From Candidatus Binatia bacterium (lineage in GTDB: Bacteria; Desulfobacterota; Binatia; HRBIN30): 64,000 nucleotides of DNA. The stretch is taken from contig JBBRSP010000021.1 in the NCBI GenBank assembly GCA_038245295.1, positions 1 through 64,000 on the forward strand, written 5' to 3'. The first letter of the stretch is position 1; each line of letters begins with the position of its first letter. Below the pieces are notes generated by a model. It ran no database searches, had not been told where the DNA came from, and worked only from the letters and a program-made list of their open reading frames with translations. Of this stretch, positions 1-10,556 are shown piece by piece. Both the position numbers and the translations under genes were made by a program.

Positions 1-19
1 CAAAACCTTGCGGAGCCGG

Positions 20-97
20 CTTCGACAGGCTCAGCCTGAGCGGGTGCTTGGTTGATTTTCAAAGACATTTTGTCCGCTCGCCCTGAGCCCGTCGAAG
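20..97. repeat. REP-like imperfect inverted repeat pair
   Basis: CTTCGACAGGCTCAGCCTGAGCGG (20-43) pairs with CCGCTCGCCCTGAGCCCGTCGAAG (74-97) at 20 of 24 positions. Confidence 0.7.
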
Positions 98-347
98 GGT
101 GAGCCTATGTTTTGAGACAGCCTCTGAAGCCTGCGCCTACCCGTTTCATGCCTCCTGGTTCATGGTGGCATAGGAGACGACGCCAGCTTCGAAGCGCTGG
201 TCGACCGCTGGGGCGTGCGTCGCACCAGCCCGCGCTTCTGGGCGATGTCGGATTGGCCCGCACGCCGACTGCCGTCAACGACAACCGACCGAGCTCGGTG
301 TTGTCGATCTCAATCGCTCCAGCGCGCGAGAGCGCTGGCGATCGGGG

Positions 348-1472
348 CTATGTGTCGGCCCGCGCGAGCCGCCCCAGATGCCGCCGAAGCACCAGGGCAA
401 CCGTCTCGACGTTCGGTGGCTTGAGAATCGTCATGTGTTCACCGGGCACCCGGTGAACCTCGAGCCGGTCGCTTACGATGCGTGGCCAACCGAGCCCAGG
501 ATCACTCTCGTATCCATCTGGGTCGTTGATCGTCTGGAACAAAACGACGGGGCCGTCGTAGCTAGCCGGGTCGTGGCGGTTGCGCAGATCTACGCGCAGA
601 TACGCATCGCGTTCGGCGTGGCGCGACCTCGAGTTGTCCAGTCCGGGCGGCTGCCGGCGCCCGTGTCGCTCCTGGCGAGTCCGCCACGCCTGAAGCAGAT
701 AGGCCGGGCCATCGACGCCGACACGTCGGAGGTGCCTCCGCAACCACGACAGTCGTTGGCGTCGCAGACTCCCGGCGAGAGCGGTATCGGCGATTGCCAA
801 GAGCGGAACATCCTCGCCGTCGCCGCGCAGCAGTCGTGCCGCCTCCAGGGCGACGCGACCGCCGAGGGAGAACCCGAAAAGGCAGTATGGGCCGCGCGGT
901 TGGACAGTGCGGATGGTGGCAACCTGGGCTCGTGCCAACGCCTCGATGGATGCCGGCATGATGTCGCTGCGCCCGACCACAAAGTCGGTGAAGATCTCTG
1001 CTGCGACGGCGTAGAGGGTCGCGTCCGTGTCGAGCCTCTGCGCCAACGCCCAACAGTAGTGTCCGGAGTGCAAACAGAACACCTTCGGCGCACCCGATCC
1101 TGCGCTGGTGGGGCTCAACCGGACGACGTTCCGTGGTAGTACGGATCGCAGGCCGAGGTGATGACTGCGGCTCATCAAGAAGGAGTGAAATCCGGCCAGA
1201 GTCGGCAATTCGTAGACACTGCCCAGCGGCGCGTCGATGCCGGTCTCGACACGTAAGGCGGCGAGCATCTCCATGGCATGTAGTGCATGACCACCGGCCT
1301 CAAAGAAATGGGTCGCCGGAGTGATGTCAGCCTTCCGCAACACGCCGCGCCAGATCTCAGTGAGGACAGCAAGGTCGACGCTGGGGGCGACAATGAAGTG
1401 GTTGTCGCCGGCGGCCGATTGAAGCGCGCGCTCAGCCAGTCCGGCGCTTGAAGCGGAGATCGACGCGGACAT
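348..1472 (-). CDS. Carrier-protein-like domain fused to an NRPS/PKS-type thioesterase
   Basis: N-terminal 'IWRGVL...FFEAGGHAL...YELPTL' carrier fold; thioesterase motifs 'GPYCLFGFSLGG' (GxSxG) and 'PGEHMTIL'. Confidence 0.85.
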   Translation of the reverse strand: MSASISASSAGLAERALQSAAGDNHFIVAPSVDLAVLTEIWRGVLRKADITPATHFFEAGGHALHAMEMLAALRVETGIDAPLGSVYELPTLAGFHSFLMSRSHHLGLRSVLPRNVVRLSPTSAGSGAPKVFCLHSGHYCWALAQRLDTDATLYAVAAEIFTDFVVGRSDIMPASIEALARAQVATIRTVQPRGPYCLFGFSLGGRVALEAARLLRGDGEDVPLLAIADTALAGSLRRQRLSWLRRHLRRVGVDGPAYLLQAWRTRQERHGRRQPPGLDNSRSRHAERDAYLRVDLRNRHDPASYDGPVVLFQTINDPDGYESDPGLGWPRIVSDRLEVHRVPGEHMTILKPPNVETVALVLRRHLGRLARADT

Positions 1473-1624
1473 AGAACTAATATGTTATCGCTTCCGCCGC
1501 GACGTTGAAAGGCGGCTGCAGGTCGAGGGTAGCACGGGCTTCATCTCGATCTGTGCAGAGGGGCGACGCGCTCAACTTCATATTGCATTGAAGTCGATTG
1601 CTCGATTGAATGCGGCGCGACCGC

Positions 1625-3076
1625 ATGAGCGACGACACCGACAAGAACTACGCCGACGAGCTGACCTACCGGGAGCTCGTTCAGACCGCGAATACGATTG
1701 TGTTGCGCTGGGATCTCCAAGGTCGCATCACATTTCTGAACCGCTTCGGACTGGAATTCTTCGGCTATGCCCTCGACGAATTAATCGGCCGCTCGGTAAT
1801 CGGAACGATTGTGCCCGAGACCGACTCCACGGGGCGCGATCTCGTACAGATGATCGACGAAGTGTCCGGCTCCCCGGATCGTTTTCTGCACAACGAGAAC
1901 GAGAATATCTGCCGCAGCGGCGAAAGAGTCTGGGTGACCTGGCGCAACCGCGCCCTGCGCAACGAAGCCGGCGAGATCCGTGAGCTGCTATCGATCGGCA
2001 TCGACACCACCGATCGGAAACGCGCCGAAGAGGCGCTCCGCAATAGCGAGCAGCGTTATCGCGCCCTGTTTCAGTCGCTGCCGATCGCTCTCATCGAACG
2101 TCACGCCTCCGAGTTGGTGGCGTATTTTAAGGAGCTATCCGCGGCCGGCGTCACCGACGTCGAAGCGTATCTGCGCGAGCACGTCGAGGAACACGCCGAG
2201 GTGCTGCGCCGGGTTCATATTCGCGACATGAACGCCGCTGCCGTTCAACTGCTCGGCACCGACAATACGGCAGAGCTCGACACGTTCTCTCATGTCTCCG
2301 ATGACGGCGCCTTCGCCCGCCTGGTGCGCGCCATTGCGGTGATCGTCGCCAAGGGGGAGATGTCGTCGCAGGAACGCGAAGGTGTGATCCGTACGGCGAA
2401 CGGCGAACGCATCGTACTCGTCCGCACGACCGTCGTTCCGCCCGCGCCACGCGAGCTGCTGCCGGGTGCCGGAGAAGCGGGGTCGGACGAAGTGCGGATA
2501 CTGACGGCGCTTGTCGACATTACGGAACGTAAACAGGCAGAAGAGGCTCTGCGCGCCAGTGAAGAACGCTTCCGCTACCTCTCGGAGCACGACAATCTGA
2601 CCGGCTTGTTCAATCGTCGTTACATGTATCACGCCCTCAATGCGTTGCTTCGCGACGACACGAAGTGTTCGGTGATCTTCATGGACATCGACCACTTCAA
2701 GCAGGTGGTCGATACATACGGACACCTCAACGGCAGCCGCGCCGTGTATGAGGTGGCGCAGGTGATCCGCGCCCAGCTCGCTGAACCGGCTTTCGCCGTA
2801 GCCTATGCGGGAGACGAGTTCGTCGTGGTCCTGCCAGGCAGCGGACAGCTGGAGGCATCGGCTGTCGCCCGGCGTATTCGCGGCGCAATCGGTCGTGCCG
2901 GATTCCTGATCGAGCAGACGCCATCGGTACGCTTGACCGCCAGCCTCGGCGTCGCCAACTATCCCGACGACGCGACGACTATGGAGGATTTGCTCGCTCT
3001 CGCCGATCAAGCGCTGTTTCGGGCAAAACAAGGCGGACGCGATCGTGTAATGGCGGCGCGGACCGACGTGCCGTAG
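1625..3076 (+). CDS. PAS-domain diguanylate cyclase (AGDEF variant)
   Basis: PAS/PAC motifs, 'DNLTGLFNRR', 'DIDHFKQVVDTYGH', 'AGDEF', 'ADQALFRAKQGGRD'; alternative start at 1610. Confidence 0.9.
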   Translation: MSDDTDKNYADELTYRELVQTANTIVLRWDLQGRITFLNRFGLEFFGYALDELIGRSVIGTIVPETDSTGRDLVQMIDEVSGSPDRFLHNENENICRSGERVWVTWRNRALRNEAGEIRELLSIGIDTTDRKRAEEALRNSEQRYRALFQSLPIALIERHASELVAYFKELSAAGVTDVEAYLREHVEEHAEVLRRVHIRDMNAAAVQLLGTDNTAELDTFSHVSDDGAFARLVRAIAVIVAKGEMSSQEREGVIRTANGERIVLVRTTVVPPAPRELLPGAGEAGSDEVRILTALVDITERKQAEEALRASEERFRYLSEHDNLTGLFNRRYMYHALNALLRDDTKCSVIFMDIDHFKQVVDTYGHLNGSRAVYEVAQVIRAQLAEPAFAVAYAGDEFVVVLPGSGQLEASAVARRIRGAIGRAGFLIEQTPSVRLTASLGVANYPDDATTMEDLLALADQALFRAKQGGRDRVMAARTDVP

Positions 3077-3137
3077 TTTTCCACGCAAGCGGCGAGCGTG
3101 ACTGCGCCGGCGAAATTCGGTAGGTTGGTTCGCATCA

Positions 3138-3656
3138 ATGCCGAACGCTTGGTTGGACTGGTATCCCCTTTACGTTTTCTCCGTGTGGCTGCACATCGTC
3201 GCGGCGATCATCTGGATCGGTGGCATGGTGTTCCTGATCTGGGCGGTGGTGCCGCGGGTTCGCCAGGGAGACGTGGCGATCACGGCGTTTTTTCGCGAGA
3301 CGGCGGTGCGCTTCCGCAATCTGAGTTGGGTGTGCTTCGGCGTGATCTTCACGACGGGTGTCTTCAACCTGGCAGTTCGCGGCGTCCGACTGAGAGACTT
3401 CGCCGCTGCCGAGTTTCACGCTTCGACATTCGGTCGCGCCGTGATGGCTAAGCTTGCGGTCTTCGCGGTCATTCTGGGAATCAGCCTGAGCCACGACTTC
3501 GTCATCGGCCCGCGTGCCTCACGCATCATGCGCGCCGACCCGCGTTCCGCCGCCGCGCAGCGCTATCGCGATCTTGCCCGTTGGCTGGGTCGCAGCAGCT
3601 TGGGTCTCGGGCTCTTGATGGTGCTGCTCGGCGTGATCGTCGTGCGCGGCTTCTAG
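3138..3656 (+). CDS. Four-TM membrane protein, CopD/DUF4149-like
   Basis: 'WLHIVAAIIWIGG' motif, 'SHDF..GP' and four hydrophobic segments. Confidence 0.7.
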   Translation: MPNAWLDWYPLYVFSVWLHIVAAIIWIGGMVFLIWAVVPRVRQGDVAITAFFRETAVRFRNLSWVCFGVIFTTGVFNLAVRGVRLRDFAAAEFHASTFGRAVMAKLAVFAVILGISLSHDFVIGPRASRIMRADPRSAAAQRYRDLARWLGRSSLGLGLLMVLLGVIVVRGF

Positions 3657-3685
3657 GCGCCCCGATGTTCAATGGGCTCTAAAAC

Positions 3686-3723
3686 GGCAAAGGCCCGCGG
3701 GATGATTACCGCGGGCCTTTGCC
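3686..3723. terminator. Hairpin between convergent genes, probable terminator
   Basis: 15-bp perfect stem GGCAAAGGCCCGCGG/CCGCGGGCCTTTGCC with an 8-nt loop. Confidence 0.75.
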
Positions 3724-3750
3724 TTGCTGCTTTGCCGAGTCGATGACGCG

Positions 3751-6700
3751 TTACGGTTGTGGTAGCGCGCGGCGTAGGCCGAACGCGCCGACGAGACCAA
3801 GTGAGGCGACCAGAAACAGGATTGTCTGCGGCGACAGCAACGGTGCTGCCGGGAAGCACTTCACGACCGACACGGGACCGAAGACCGGGTCGGCAAGTGG
3901 GCAGATCTGTTGTGCGTAGATCCGCTCTTGGCAGACCAGCGGGGTGGACAGGGTGATTGTGAAGTTGCCGAGCGCATTGGAGCTGCCGGTGCCGATCAGC
4001 GCATCGTTGCCATCGAAACACACCGTGTCGGTGCAGGTGAAGATGTTGATGGTGCAATTCGGTTGCCCAACACCCATGACACCCGTCGAGTTCTGATCCA
4101 CTCCGCCGGTTGTTGTCGGCACACACGGGTGATCGTGGGCGCTGCACGTGCCGCCGCTGCAGGTGTCGGCGCCGTTGCAAACCAGTGTGTCATTGCAGGG
4201 GGCCATGTTGTTGGGGTGGGCGCAGGTGCCGGCGCCGTCACACGTGTCGTCCGTGCAGATGTTGCCATCGGTGGTGCAAACCGCCCCGGAAGCGTCGAAG
4301 CAGCTGTCCGTTGCTTCCTGGCAGGTGTTGCACACCGTGCCGGGGCATGGATCGCCGGTGTGAACGGTGCACGCGCCGGCGCTGCAGGTGTCGGTGCCGT
4401 TGCAGAACAACGAGTCGTCACAGGCGGCGGTGTTGTTGATATGTGTGCATCCGCCCGCCAGGAATACCTGCACTTCGGCAAGTTGCAGGTAGTTGCTGCC
4501 GGCGAGTTGCACTCGCACATAACGCTCGGTGAAATTCACCAGGATCGTCGTCGGTGAGCCGCCTTGGCCGGGGACGAAGAAGTCGTGGTCGGCGAGCGCT
4601 TGCGCCGAGGCCAGATTGCCGGCTGCGAGCAGGGCCGCGTTATTCGACACCAGGACATGGAAGTTCGTCAGGCGATCGGCGCCGGCATCGGTGCGGTTCC
4701 ACACGGCGATCGAGCCGATGTTTTGCGACGATCCCAGGTCCACTTCCCACCACGGCTGCGATTCCGTTTCGGTGATCGAGACAGAGCAGTTGTTGTAAGT
4801 GCCGTCCGTATTGCCGTCGGCGGCACGCGACGCAAACGGCGGAGTGCCGCACACGTCAAATCCCGATAGGTTGCTCGACTGCGTGGCGGTCTTCCCCTCA
4901 GCCAGATCGACGGCGGCGGCGCAGATATCGTCGGTGCAGGCGTTGCTGTCGACCGGGCACTGCGCGTTGGCGGTGCAGCTGCAGGGTGGTGTGGCCGATG
5001 GTGCACTCAAGAATGGGGTCGCGTCGACGTTGGCCGTCACCGTCTGGCACGTGCCGCCGCCATTCGCGCCAGTCGCGCAGCCCCACCAGTTGTTCTCGGC
5101 CGCCTGGTCCGTGTTCGTCGAAGCGCTAGTGACGTCCGTGACCGCGTTCGGCGCATTGCCGGCGAAGTTGTTGTTGTGGATCTGTGTGCCGGTGGTAGCC
5201 CCCGGAGTTCCATCGTCGTCGATGCGGATGCCGCCAAACGGTGTGATGCTGCAGCCCGAGCCGCACGGTGCGAAGGTCAGCGCCTGCGTCCCGTTGTTCT
5301 GGAAACAGTTGCCGGTAATGACGACGTTCTTCGAACCGTTGCGTACCTCGACCCCGGAGCGGCGGTTGTTCTGGAAGGAGTTGAGGGTGATCTGCGTACC
5401 GCTGTCCCCGAAGTCGACCACGCCGGCCTTGGCATTGTCGAGGAAATGGTTGCCCGACACGACGTTGCCGGTGCCGGGATCGAGGATGATGCCGATGCCG
5501 ACGTTGTGGATGGTGTTGCCGCTGAAATTGTTGTTGCTAGAGGCGACGGCTCCGCCGTTGCCATCCCAGATTCCGAAGCTGAACTGGTTCTTCGTCAAGT
5601 CGGGGTTGAGGCTGATGTCGTTGTTGGTGAAGGTATTGTTGGCGGAGTCACCCAAACCAAGAAGAATGCCCCAACCGCCGCCGGCATTGCCGTCGTCGAA
5701 CGTGGGGTTGACGATGATGTTGTTCTTGATCGTGTGGTTGTTGCTGTCCGCCGGACCGTCGGCGGTGATCAGGTTAACCGTGGCACCCGTCTCCAAGATC
5801 GTGAAGCCGTCTATGGTGATGCCGGAAATCGAGAGGGTGACGGCCTGTAACGGCCCAGCGCCGCCACTAGTGGGCAGAAAGTGGCCGCCATTTGCTTGGA
5901 TCGTCGTGCTCGCTGCGCCGGCACCCTTCAGCACCACCGCTTTGTCGATGTCGATGCCTGGGGCACCGCTCGCCGAGCCGTGTCCTGCCGTCACGGTCTC
6001 GACGTAGGTGCCCGCTGCGACGTTGATGGTGTCTCCGTTGCAGGCGACGTCGATGGCGTGTTGGATGGTGAGACACGGAGCGCTCGAGTCACCGCAGGTG
6101 TTGCTTACGTCACTGCCGGTTGTGCTCACGTAGAGGTTCGCCGTGACGGCGCAAGTCTCGAAGTCATAGGTTGTCGCGCTTCCCGAAACCCCGATCGTGA
6201 ACTTGTCGATGTTGCCATTGAACTGGTCTGTGGGCGATGCGAAGCCGACGGATAGTCTGACGCCGCCCAGGCCGTCTGTCCGGTTGAGGATCCGCGCGTT
6301 CGGATGCTGCGCGATGTAATCAGCAAGGGAGCAGACCCCGCTGGCCGGGTTGGATCCCGGGACATACGGGCACATGAGCGGGCCGGTTGAGCCTTCGGTA
6401 CAGCCTATGGTCCCGCTCCCGCCGCCGGTGTTTGCCCACCAGCCACCGCTAAAGGCGTCCCAGCACTGCCACGTGTTCAGCGCTGTAGGACCCTGATCCG
6501 GCAGACAGGCGTTCCCAGTGCTTGGCTCCTGGTACGGCGGCTCGAAGAACAGCGCGTCGTCCGTTGCGGCGCCGGTTCCTGTTGAGTCGATTCCGAGCGT
6601 GAGGTAGGGGAACTGTTGCCCGTTGTTCAGAGTGTCATACGTGCAGTAGCTGAGGCTCGTCAGGTCACTGAGCTTCACCGTCGCGAAGCCCGTGTTTCGC

Positions 6701-7116
6701 AGCTGGGCAGACTCGTCGCCGCCAATCGTGGCGTTCCCTGTGAACAGCAGTGCACTGCCGCTACCGAGAGGGGGGACGGCCGGACCCAGAACCAAGCCGG
6801 TACCGGTCGTGCCGTCTACCGCAGGTGGGGTTCCGGTGTTGTCCGCGGTGTTGAACGCCCACCCGTCCATGCCGTTCGGCCTGACGACCACCGTCGCGGC
6901 GACCGCAAGGGCAGCCGTGGTCGCGAGCCCCATCCCGACAGCCATGGCGAGAGAAGCGAGGGCCGCCAGAGAGGCGAGGCGGACTCGCGGGAGCGCGATG
7001 TTCAGCAATCCAGGCGTGGTGCCCCGGACTCTTCGCTTGGTCCCCGCAGGAAGGAAAACCAACGCCCCGTCGGAAAGCTCGCTGGGACTCGCTGCGTCAA
7101 TCCGCTGTACCTTCAT
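3751..7116 (-). CDS. Large surface protein: parallel beta-helix, fucolectin/discoidin-like domain, Cys-rich repeats, IPTL-CTERM-like anchor
   Basis: 'YVSTTGSD...CLTIQHAID...GDTINVAAGTY', Asn-rich repeats, 'AADGNTDG...PWWEVDLG...WNRTD...LQLAEVQVF', 'DGNICTDDTC' repeats, C-terminal 'APLLS' + TM + RR. The true start may lie downstream, nearer the hydrophobic signal. Confidence 0.85.
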   Translation of the reverse strand: MKVQRIDAASPSELSDGALVFLPAGTKRRVRGTTPGLLNIALPRVRLASLAALASLAMAVGMGLATTAALAVAATVVVRPNGMDGWAFNTADNTGTPPAVDGTTGTGLVLGPAVPPLGSGSALLFTGNATIGGDESAQLRNTGFATVKLSDLTSLSYCTYDTLNNGQQFPYLTLGIDSTGTGAATDDALFFEPPYQEPSTGNACLPDQGPTALNTWQCWDAFSGGWWANTGGGSGTIGCTEGSTGPLMCPYVPGSNPASGVCSLADYIAQHPNARILNRTDGLGGVRLSVGFASPTDQFNGNIDKFTIGVSGSATTYDFETCAVTANLYVSTTGSDVSNTCGDSSAPCLTIQHAIDVACNGDTINVAAGTYVETVTAGHGSASGAPGIDIDKAVVLKGAGAASTTIQANGGHFLPTSGGAGPLQAVTLSISGITIDGFTILETGATVNLITADGPADSNNHTIKNNIIVNPTFDDGNAGGGWGILLGLGDSANNTFTNNDISLNPDLTKNQFSFGIWDGNGGAVASSNNNFSGNTIHNVGIGIILDPGTGNVVSGNHFLDNAKAGVVDFGDSGTQITLNSFQNNRRSGVEVRNGSKNVVITGNCFQNNGTQALTFAPCGSGCSITPFGGIRIDDDGTPGATTGTQIHNNNFAGNAPNAVTDVTSASTNTDQAAENNWWGCATGANGGGTCQTVTANVDATPFLSAPSATPPCSCTANAQCPVDSNACTDDICAAAVDLAEGKTATQSSNLSGFDVCGTPPFASRAADGNTDGTYNNCSVSITETESQPWWEVDLGSSQNIGSIAVWNRTDAGADRLTNFHVLVSNNAALLAAGNLASAQALADHDFFVPGQGGSPTTILVNFTERYVRVQLAGSNYLQLAEVQVFLAGGCTHINNTAACDDSLFCNGTDTCSAGACTVHTGDPCPGTVCNTCQEATDSCFDASGAVCTTDGNICTDDTCDGAGTCAHPNNMAPCNDTLVCNGADTCSGGTCSAHDHPCVPTTTGGVDQNSTGVMGVGQPNCTINIFTCTDTVCFDGNDALIGTGSSNALGNFTITLSTPLVCQERIYAQQICPLADPVFGPVSVVKCFPAAPLLSPQTILFLVASLGLVGAFGLRRALPQP

Positions 7117-7394
7117 GATATAGTCCCCTTCTTAAGCTCGCAGCGGCTGGTCGTCATCACGCCCCGCGTTGCCGATGTCTGCTCCTGCGGTTCAAAGCGT
7201 GTCTGGGAGGCCGAACGGCTGGAGCCGTTCCCTCAAATTCGATTCAAAACGAAGTCTGGACCGATCCGCACGCTTGTCAACGGGGCAAGTTTGCCGCGCC
7301 GTGCCGCGAAGCGACAACGCGAGGGCGCTAGAGCCCGGTGTCTTGCATCTCGCGATCATCATCAGTCCGCAGAGAGACAGTATCGCGGCGGTGA

Positions 7395-7536
7395 AGACCT
7401 GTGCATCCCACTTCGGTAGGGCTGGGAAACCGTCGGGGGCACCGTGCCCGGCCGCCTCGGCTGCCTCCCGATAGGTATTGGGTAGGAAGTGCGCATGGAC
7501 ATCGAAGCGATGCGCTGATTTGTGGTGCGGGCTCAT
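7395..7536 (-). pseudogene. N-terminal fragment of an amidohydrolase (ACMSD-like)
   Basis: 'RFDVHAHFLPNTYREA...PDGFPALPKWD' is a typical amidohydrolase_2 start; the frame then runs into unrelated sequence. Confidence 0.55.
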
Positions 7537-7924
7537 CGCGGCCACGCCTCGGAAGGTGCGCGTCTACCGCCGGGATACACGCCAAGGAAATCGTCGGCCA
7601 TCAACGCTCCGTTCCTCCCGTTGGCAGCGGCATTAGATCGTGCCGAGCGCCTGCCCCATGGCGAGCGCCAGGCCGAGTGGCTCATCAGATGGCTCACCTC
7701 AAGTCACCTTACTGTAAGTCCCTCCCGTAAAGCTCCACGGTTACGGGCGAGCATCGTGTTGTGCCAGGCGAGGAGGCGGACCGGCAGATCCGGCTTTGAG
7801 GCGAAGTGCTTTCCACGCTCGGTGCTCCCCAGAAGGTGACGGATGCGGTTGTGGAATCGGTCTGCTGACGGTAAGCGATAAAGCGTCTGGGGTAGGGCGT
7901 TTCTGGATGCATGGCGGTGAAACA

Positions 7925-7984
7925 ATGGCGGTTCAACTCAACCACTTGCTCCTTCCCATCAACGACACGACCCAATCGGTCTGA
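7925..7984 (+). pseudogene. Stub of a VOC/glyoxalase gene
   Basis: 'MAVQLNHLLLPINDTTQSV*' stops where the cyclase copy begins. Confidence 0.35.
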
Positions 7985-8906
7985 ATGCGGCGCGACCACA
8001 TGAGCGACGACGCCGAAAAGACCTACGCCGACCTACCAGGAGCTCGTTTAGACCGAACGTAACGCCTCAGAGCTGGCGGCGTATTTCGAGGAACTATCCG
8101 CCGCCGGCGTCACCGACGTCGAAGCGTATCTGCTTGAGCATGTAGAGGAACACGCCGAGGTGCTACGCCGGGTTCATACTCGCGACATGAACGCCGCCGT
8201 CGTCCAATTGCTCGGCACCGCCGACACAGCAGAGCTCGACACGTTCTCTCATGTTGCCGACGCCGGGGCCTTCACTCGCCTGGTGTGCGCGGTTGCGGTG
8301 ATCGTCGCCAAGGGGGAGAAGTCCTCGCGGGAACGCGAAGGGACGATTCGCACACCCAACGGCGAGCGCATCGTGCTCGTCCGCACCACCGTCGTTCCGC
8401 CCGCGGCGCGCGACCTGTTGCCAGGCGCCGGAGAAGCGGGGTCGGAGGAAGTGCAGATCCTGACGGCGCTCGTCGATATTACCGAACGTAAACAGGCAGA
8501 GGAGGCGTTGCGCGCCAGTGAGGAACCCTTCCGCTACCTCTCGGAGCACGACAATTCTGACCGGCTTGTTCAATCGTCGTTGCATGTACCGCGCCCTGGA
8601 GGCGTTGCTCCGCGACCACACCAAGTGCTCGGTGATCTTCATGGACATCGACCGCTTCCTATGCCGGGGGACGAGTTCGTCGTGGTCCTCCCAGGCAGCG
8701 GACAGGTGGAAGCATCGGCCGTCGCCTGGCGCATTCGAGGGGCAATCGGTCGCTCTGGATTCCTGATTGAGCAGGCACCATCGGTGCGCTTGACCGCCAG
8801 CCTCGGCGCCGCCACGTGCCCCGACGATGCGACGACCAAGGAGGAGTTGCTCGCGCTCGCCGATCAAGCGCTGTTTCGGGCGAAGAAAGGCGGGCGCGAT
8901 CTGGTC
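7983..8906 (+). pseudogene. Degraded duplicate of the PAS-GGDEF gene
   Basis: Clear nucleotide similarity to 1608-3047 with three internal deletions, CAG>TAG near 8049 and an extra base near 8555. Confidence 0.9.
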
Positions 8907-8956
8907 ATTTCCGCGGGATCAGGTTTGGGCACTGGAGAGGTAACCACACAACGCCG

Positions 8957-10261
8957 TTACAGCTCGGCGTCTTTGGTCTCGTGGATCAGCATTAGTCCGG
9001 CGAGTGAGAGGAGCGCCGCGGTGAAGACGTAGTACCCGACGTACTGCAACCCGTAGGTGTTGGCGAGATACGTGGCGGCGTAGGGCGCCAACGATGCCCC
9101 GAAGATGCCGGCGAGATTGAAGGTCAGCGAGCTTCCCGAGTAACGCACGGCGGTTGGAAACAGCTCTGACAGGACGGTGCCGAGTGGACCATAGACGAGG
9201 CCGAGGAGCGACATGCCGATCACCATCATGAGCAGCGCCCCGACCGTACCGGCGGCAAACATCGGTGCCATGACGAACCCGAAGGCGGCGATGGCGACGT
9301 TCACCCAGATCAGCATGCGCCGACGACCACTTTCAGCCAACAGCGCCGCGATGGGTGTGAACAGCGCGAAGAACAAAATGGCGAACAGTTGCATGACCAG
9401 AAACTTCTCACGGCTGTAGCCGAGGGCGCTGGTGCCCCACGACAGGGCGAACACGGTGAGGAGATAGAAGATGACGAAGGCGGTCAGGGATACCATGACA
9501 CCGAGAACGACGGTGCCGGGATGATCGCGTAGAACGACGAGCATCGGCAGCCGCACCGGCGTGTGGCGGCCGGCTGCCTCGCGGAAGACACGCGTCTCGG
9601 TGATCGTCAGCCGCACATAAAGACCGACACCGACGAGCGCCGAGCTGGCGAGAAACGGCAGGCGCCAGCCGAAGGCGAAGAACTGCGCGTCGGTGAGAAT
9701 CGACGAGAGTAAGAGGAAGGTGCCACCAGAGAACAAGAAGCCAACCGGCGCGCCGAGCTGCGGGAACATGCCATACCAGGCGCGCTTGCCTGGCGGCGCG
9801 TTCTCAACGGCGAGGAGGACGGCGCCACCCCACTCGCCACCCAGACCAAGCCCCTGGCCGAAGCGACACAGCGCCAGCAACAGCGGCGCCGCGATACCGA
9901 TGGAGTCATAGGAGGGCAGCAGGCCGATGGTGACCGTCGACACCCCCATTGTCAGCAGCGCGGCGACGAGTGTTGTCTTGCGACCCACCCGATCGCCGAA
10001 ATGGCCGAACAACGCCGAGCCAATCGGTCGCGCCAGAAACGCGATCGCAAACGTCGCCAGCGAAGCCAGCTTGGCTGAAGCCGGATCCGCCGCCGGAAAG
10101 AACAGCTTCGGAAACACCAGCACGGCGGCGGTCGCGTAAATGTAGAAGTCGAAGAACTCGATCGTCGTTCCGATCAAGCTACCGAACAGAACCTGCCGCG
10201 GACTATTGACCGTACGGCTCGAGCCAGTATCGCCGCTCATCGCCGCGCCGCCGGTCGCCAA
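8957..10261 (-). CDS. MFS transporter, metabolite:H+ symporter (MHS) family
   Basis: 'IEFFDFYIY', 'ARPIG..LFGHFGDRVGRK', 'QGLGLGGEWGGA', 'GWRLPF', 'ELFPTAVRYSG'. Confidence 0.95.
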   Translation of the reverse strand: MATGGAAMSGDTGSSRTVNSPRQVLFGSLIGTTIEFFDFYIYATAAVLVFPKLFFPAADPASAKLASLATFAIAFLARPIGSALFGHFGDRVGRKTTLVAALLTMGVSTVTIGLLPSYDSIGIAAPLLLALCRFGQGLGLGGEWGGAVLLAVENAPPGKRAWYGMFPQLGAPVGFLFSGGTFLLLSSILTDAQFFAFGWRLPFLASSALVGVGLYVRLTITETRVFREAAGRHTPVRLPMLVVLRDHPGTVVLGVMVSLTAFVIFYLLTVFALSWGTSALGYSREKFLVMQLFAILFFALFTPIAALLAESGRRRMLIWVNVAIAAFGFVMAPMFAAGTVGALLMMVIGMSLLGLVYGPLGTVLSELFPTAVRYSGSSLTFNLAGIFGASLAPYAATYLANTYGLQYVGYYVFTAALLSLAGLMLIHETKDAEL

Positions 10262-10476
10262 CGCGTACCGCTCACCCCGTCCTCGATGTCGTGCTTACAA
10301 GTCACGCGGGGTGGATCGCATACGAGCCGGCAAAGATCAAAAACGATCACGGCCGAACTCAGGCGGCATGCGCCGTCACCGGACATGCGGTGAGGTCGGC
10401 TGCTACCAAATCCCCGCTCCACAAATTCCCGCTCCCCTTGAATCGCCCCTCACCCCCGCTCTATCGTGCCCCAGAC

Positions 10477-10550
10477 GCGCCCGTAGCTCAGTTGGATAGA
10501 GCGGCTGGCTTCGAACCAGTAGGTCGGGAGTTCGAATCTCTCCGGGCGTA
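10477..10550 (+). tRNA. tRNA-Arg (anticodon TCG), CCA not encoded
   Basis: Acceptor stem GCGCCCG/CGGGCGT, D arm AGCTCAGTTGGATAGAGC, anticodon arm GCTGG-CTTCGAA-CCAGT, T arm GGGAG-TTCGAAT-CTCTC. Confidence 0.95.
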
Positions 10551-10556
10551 CTTTAA

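Noticed and set aside
4799..6007. Long antisense ORFs here and elsewhere (e.g. 47874-49253, 23688-24863)
   Set aside because: They are GC-rich shadow frames opposite well-supported genes and show no family motifs
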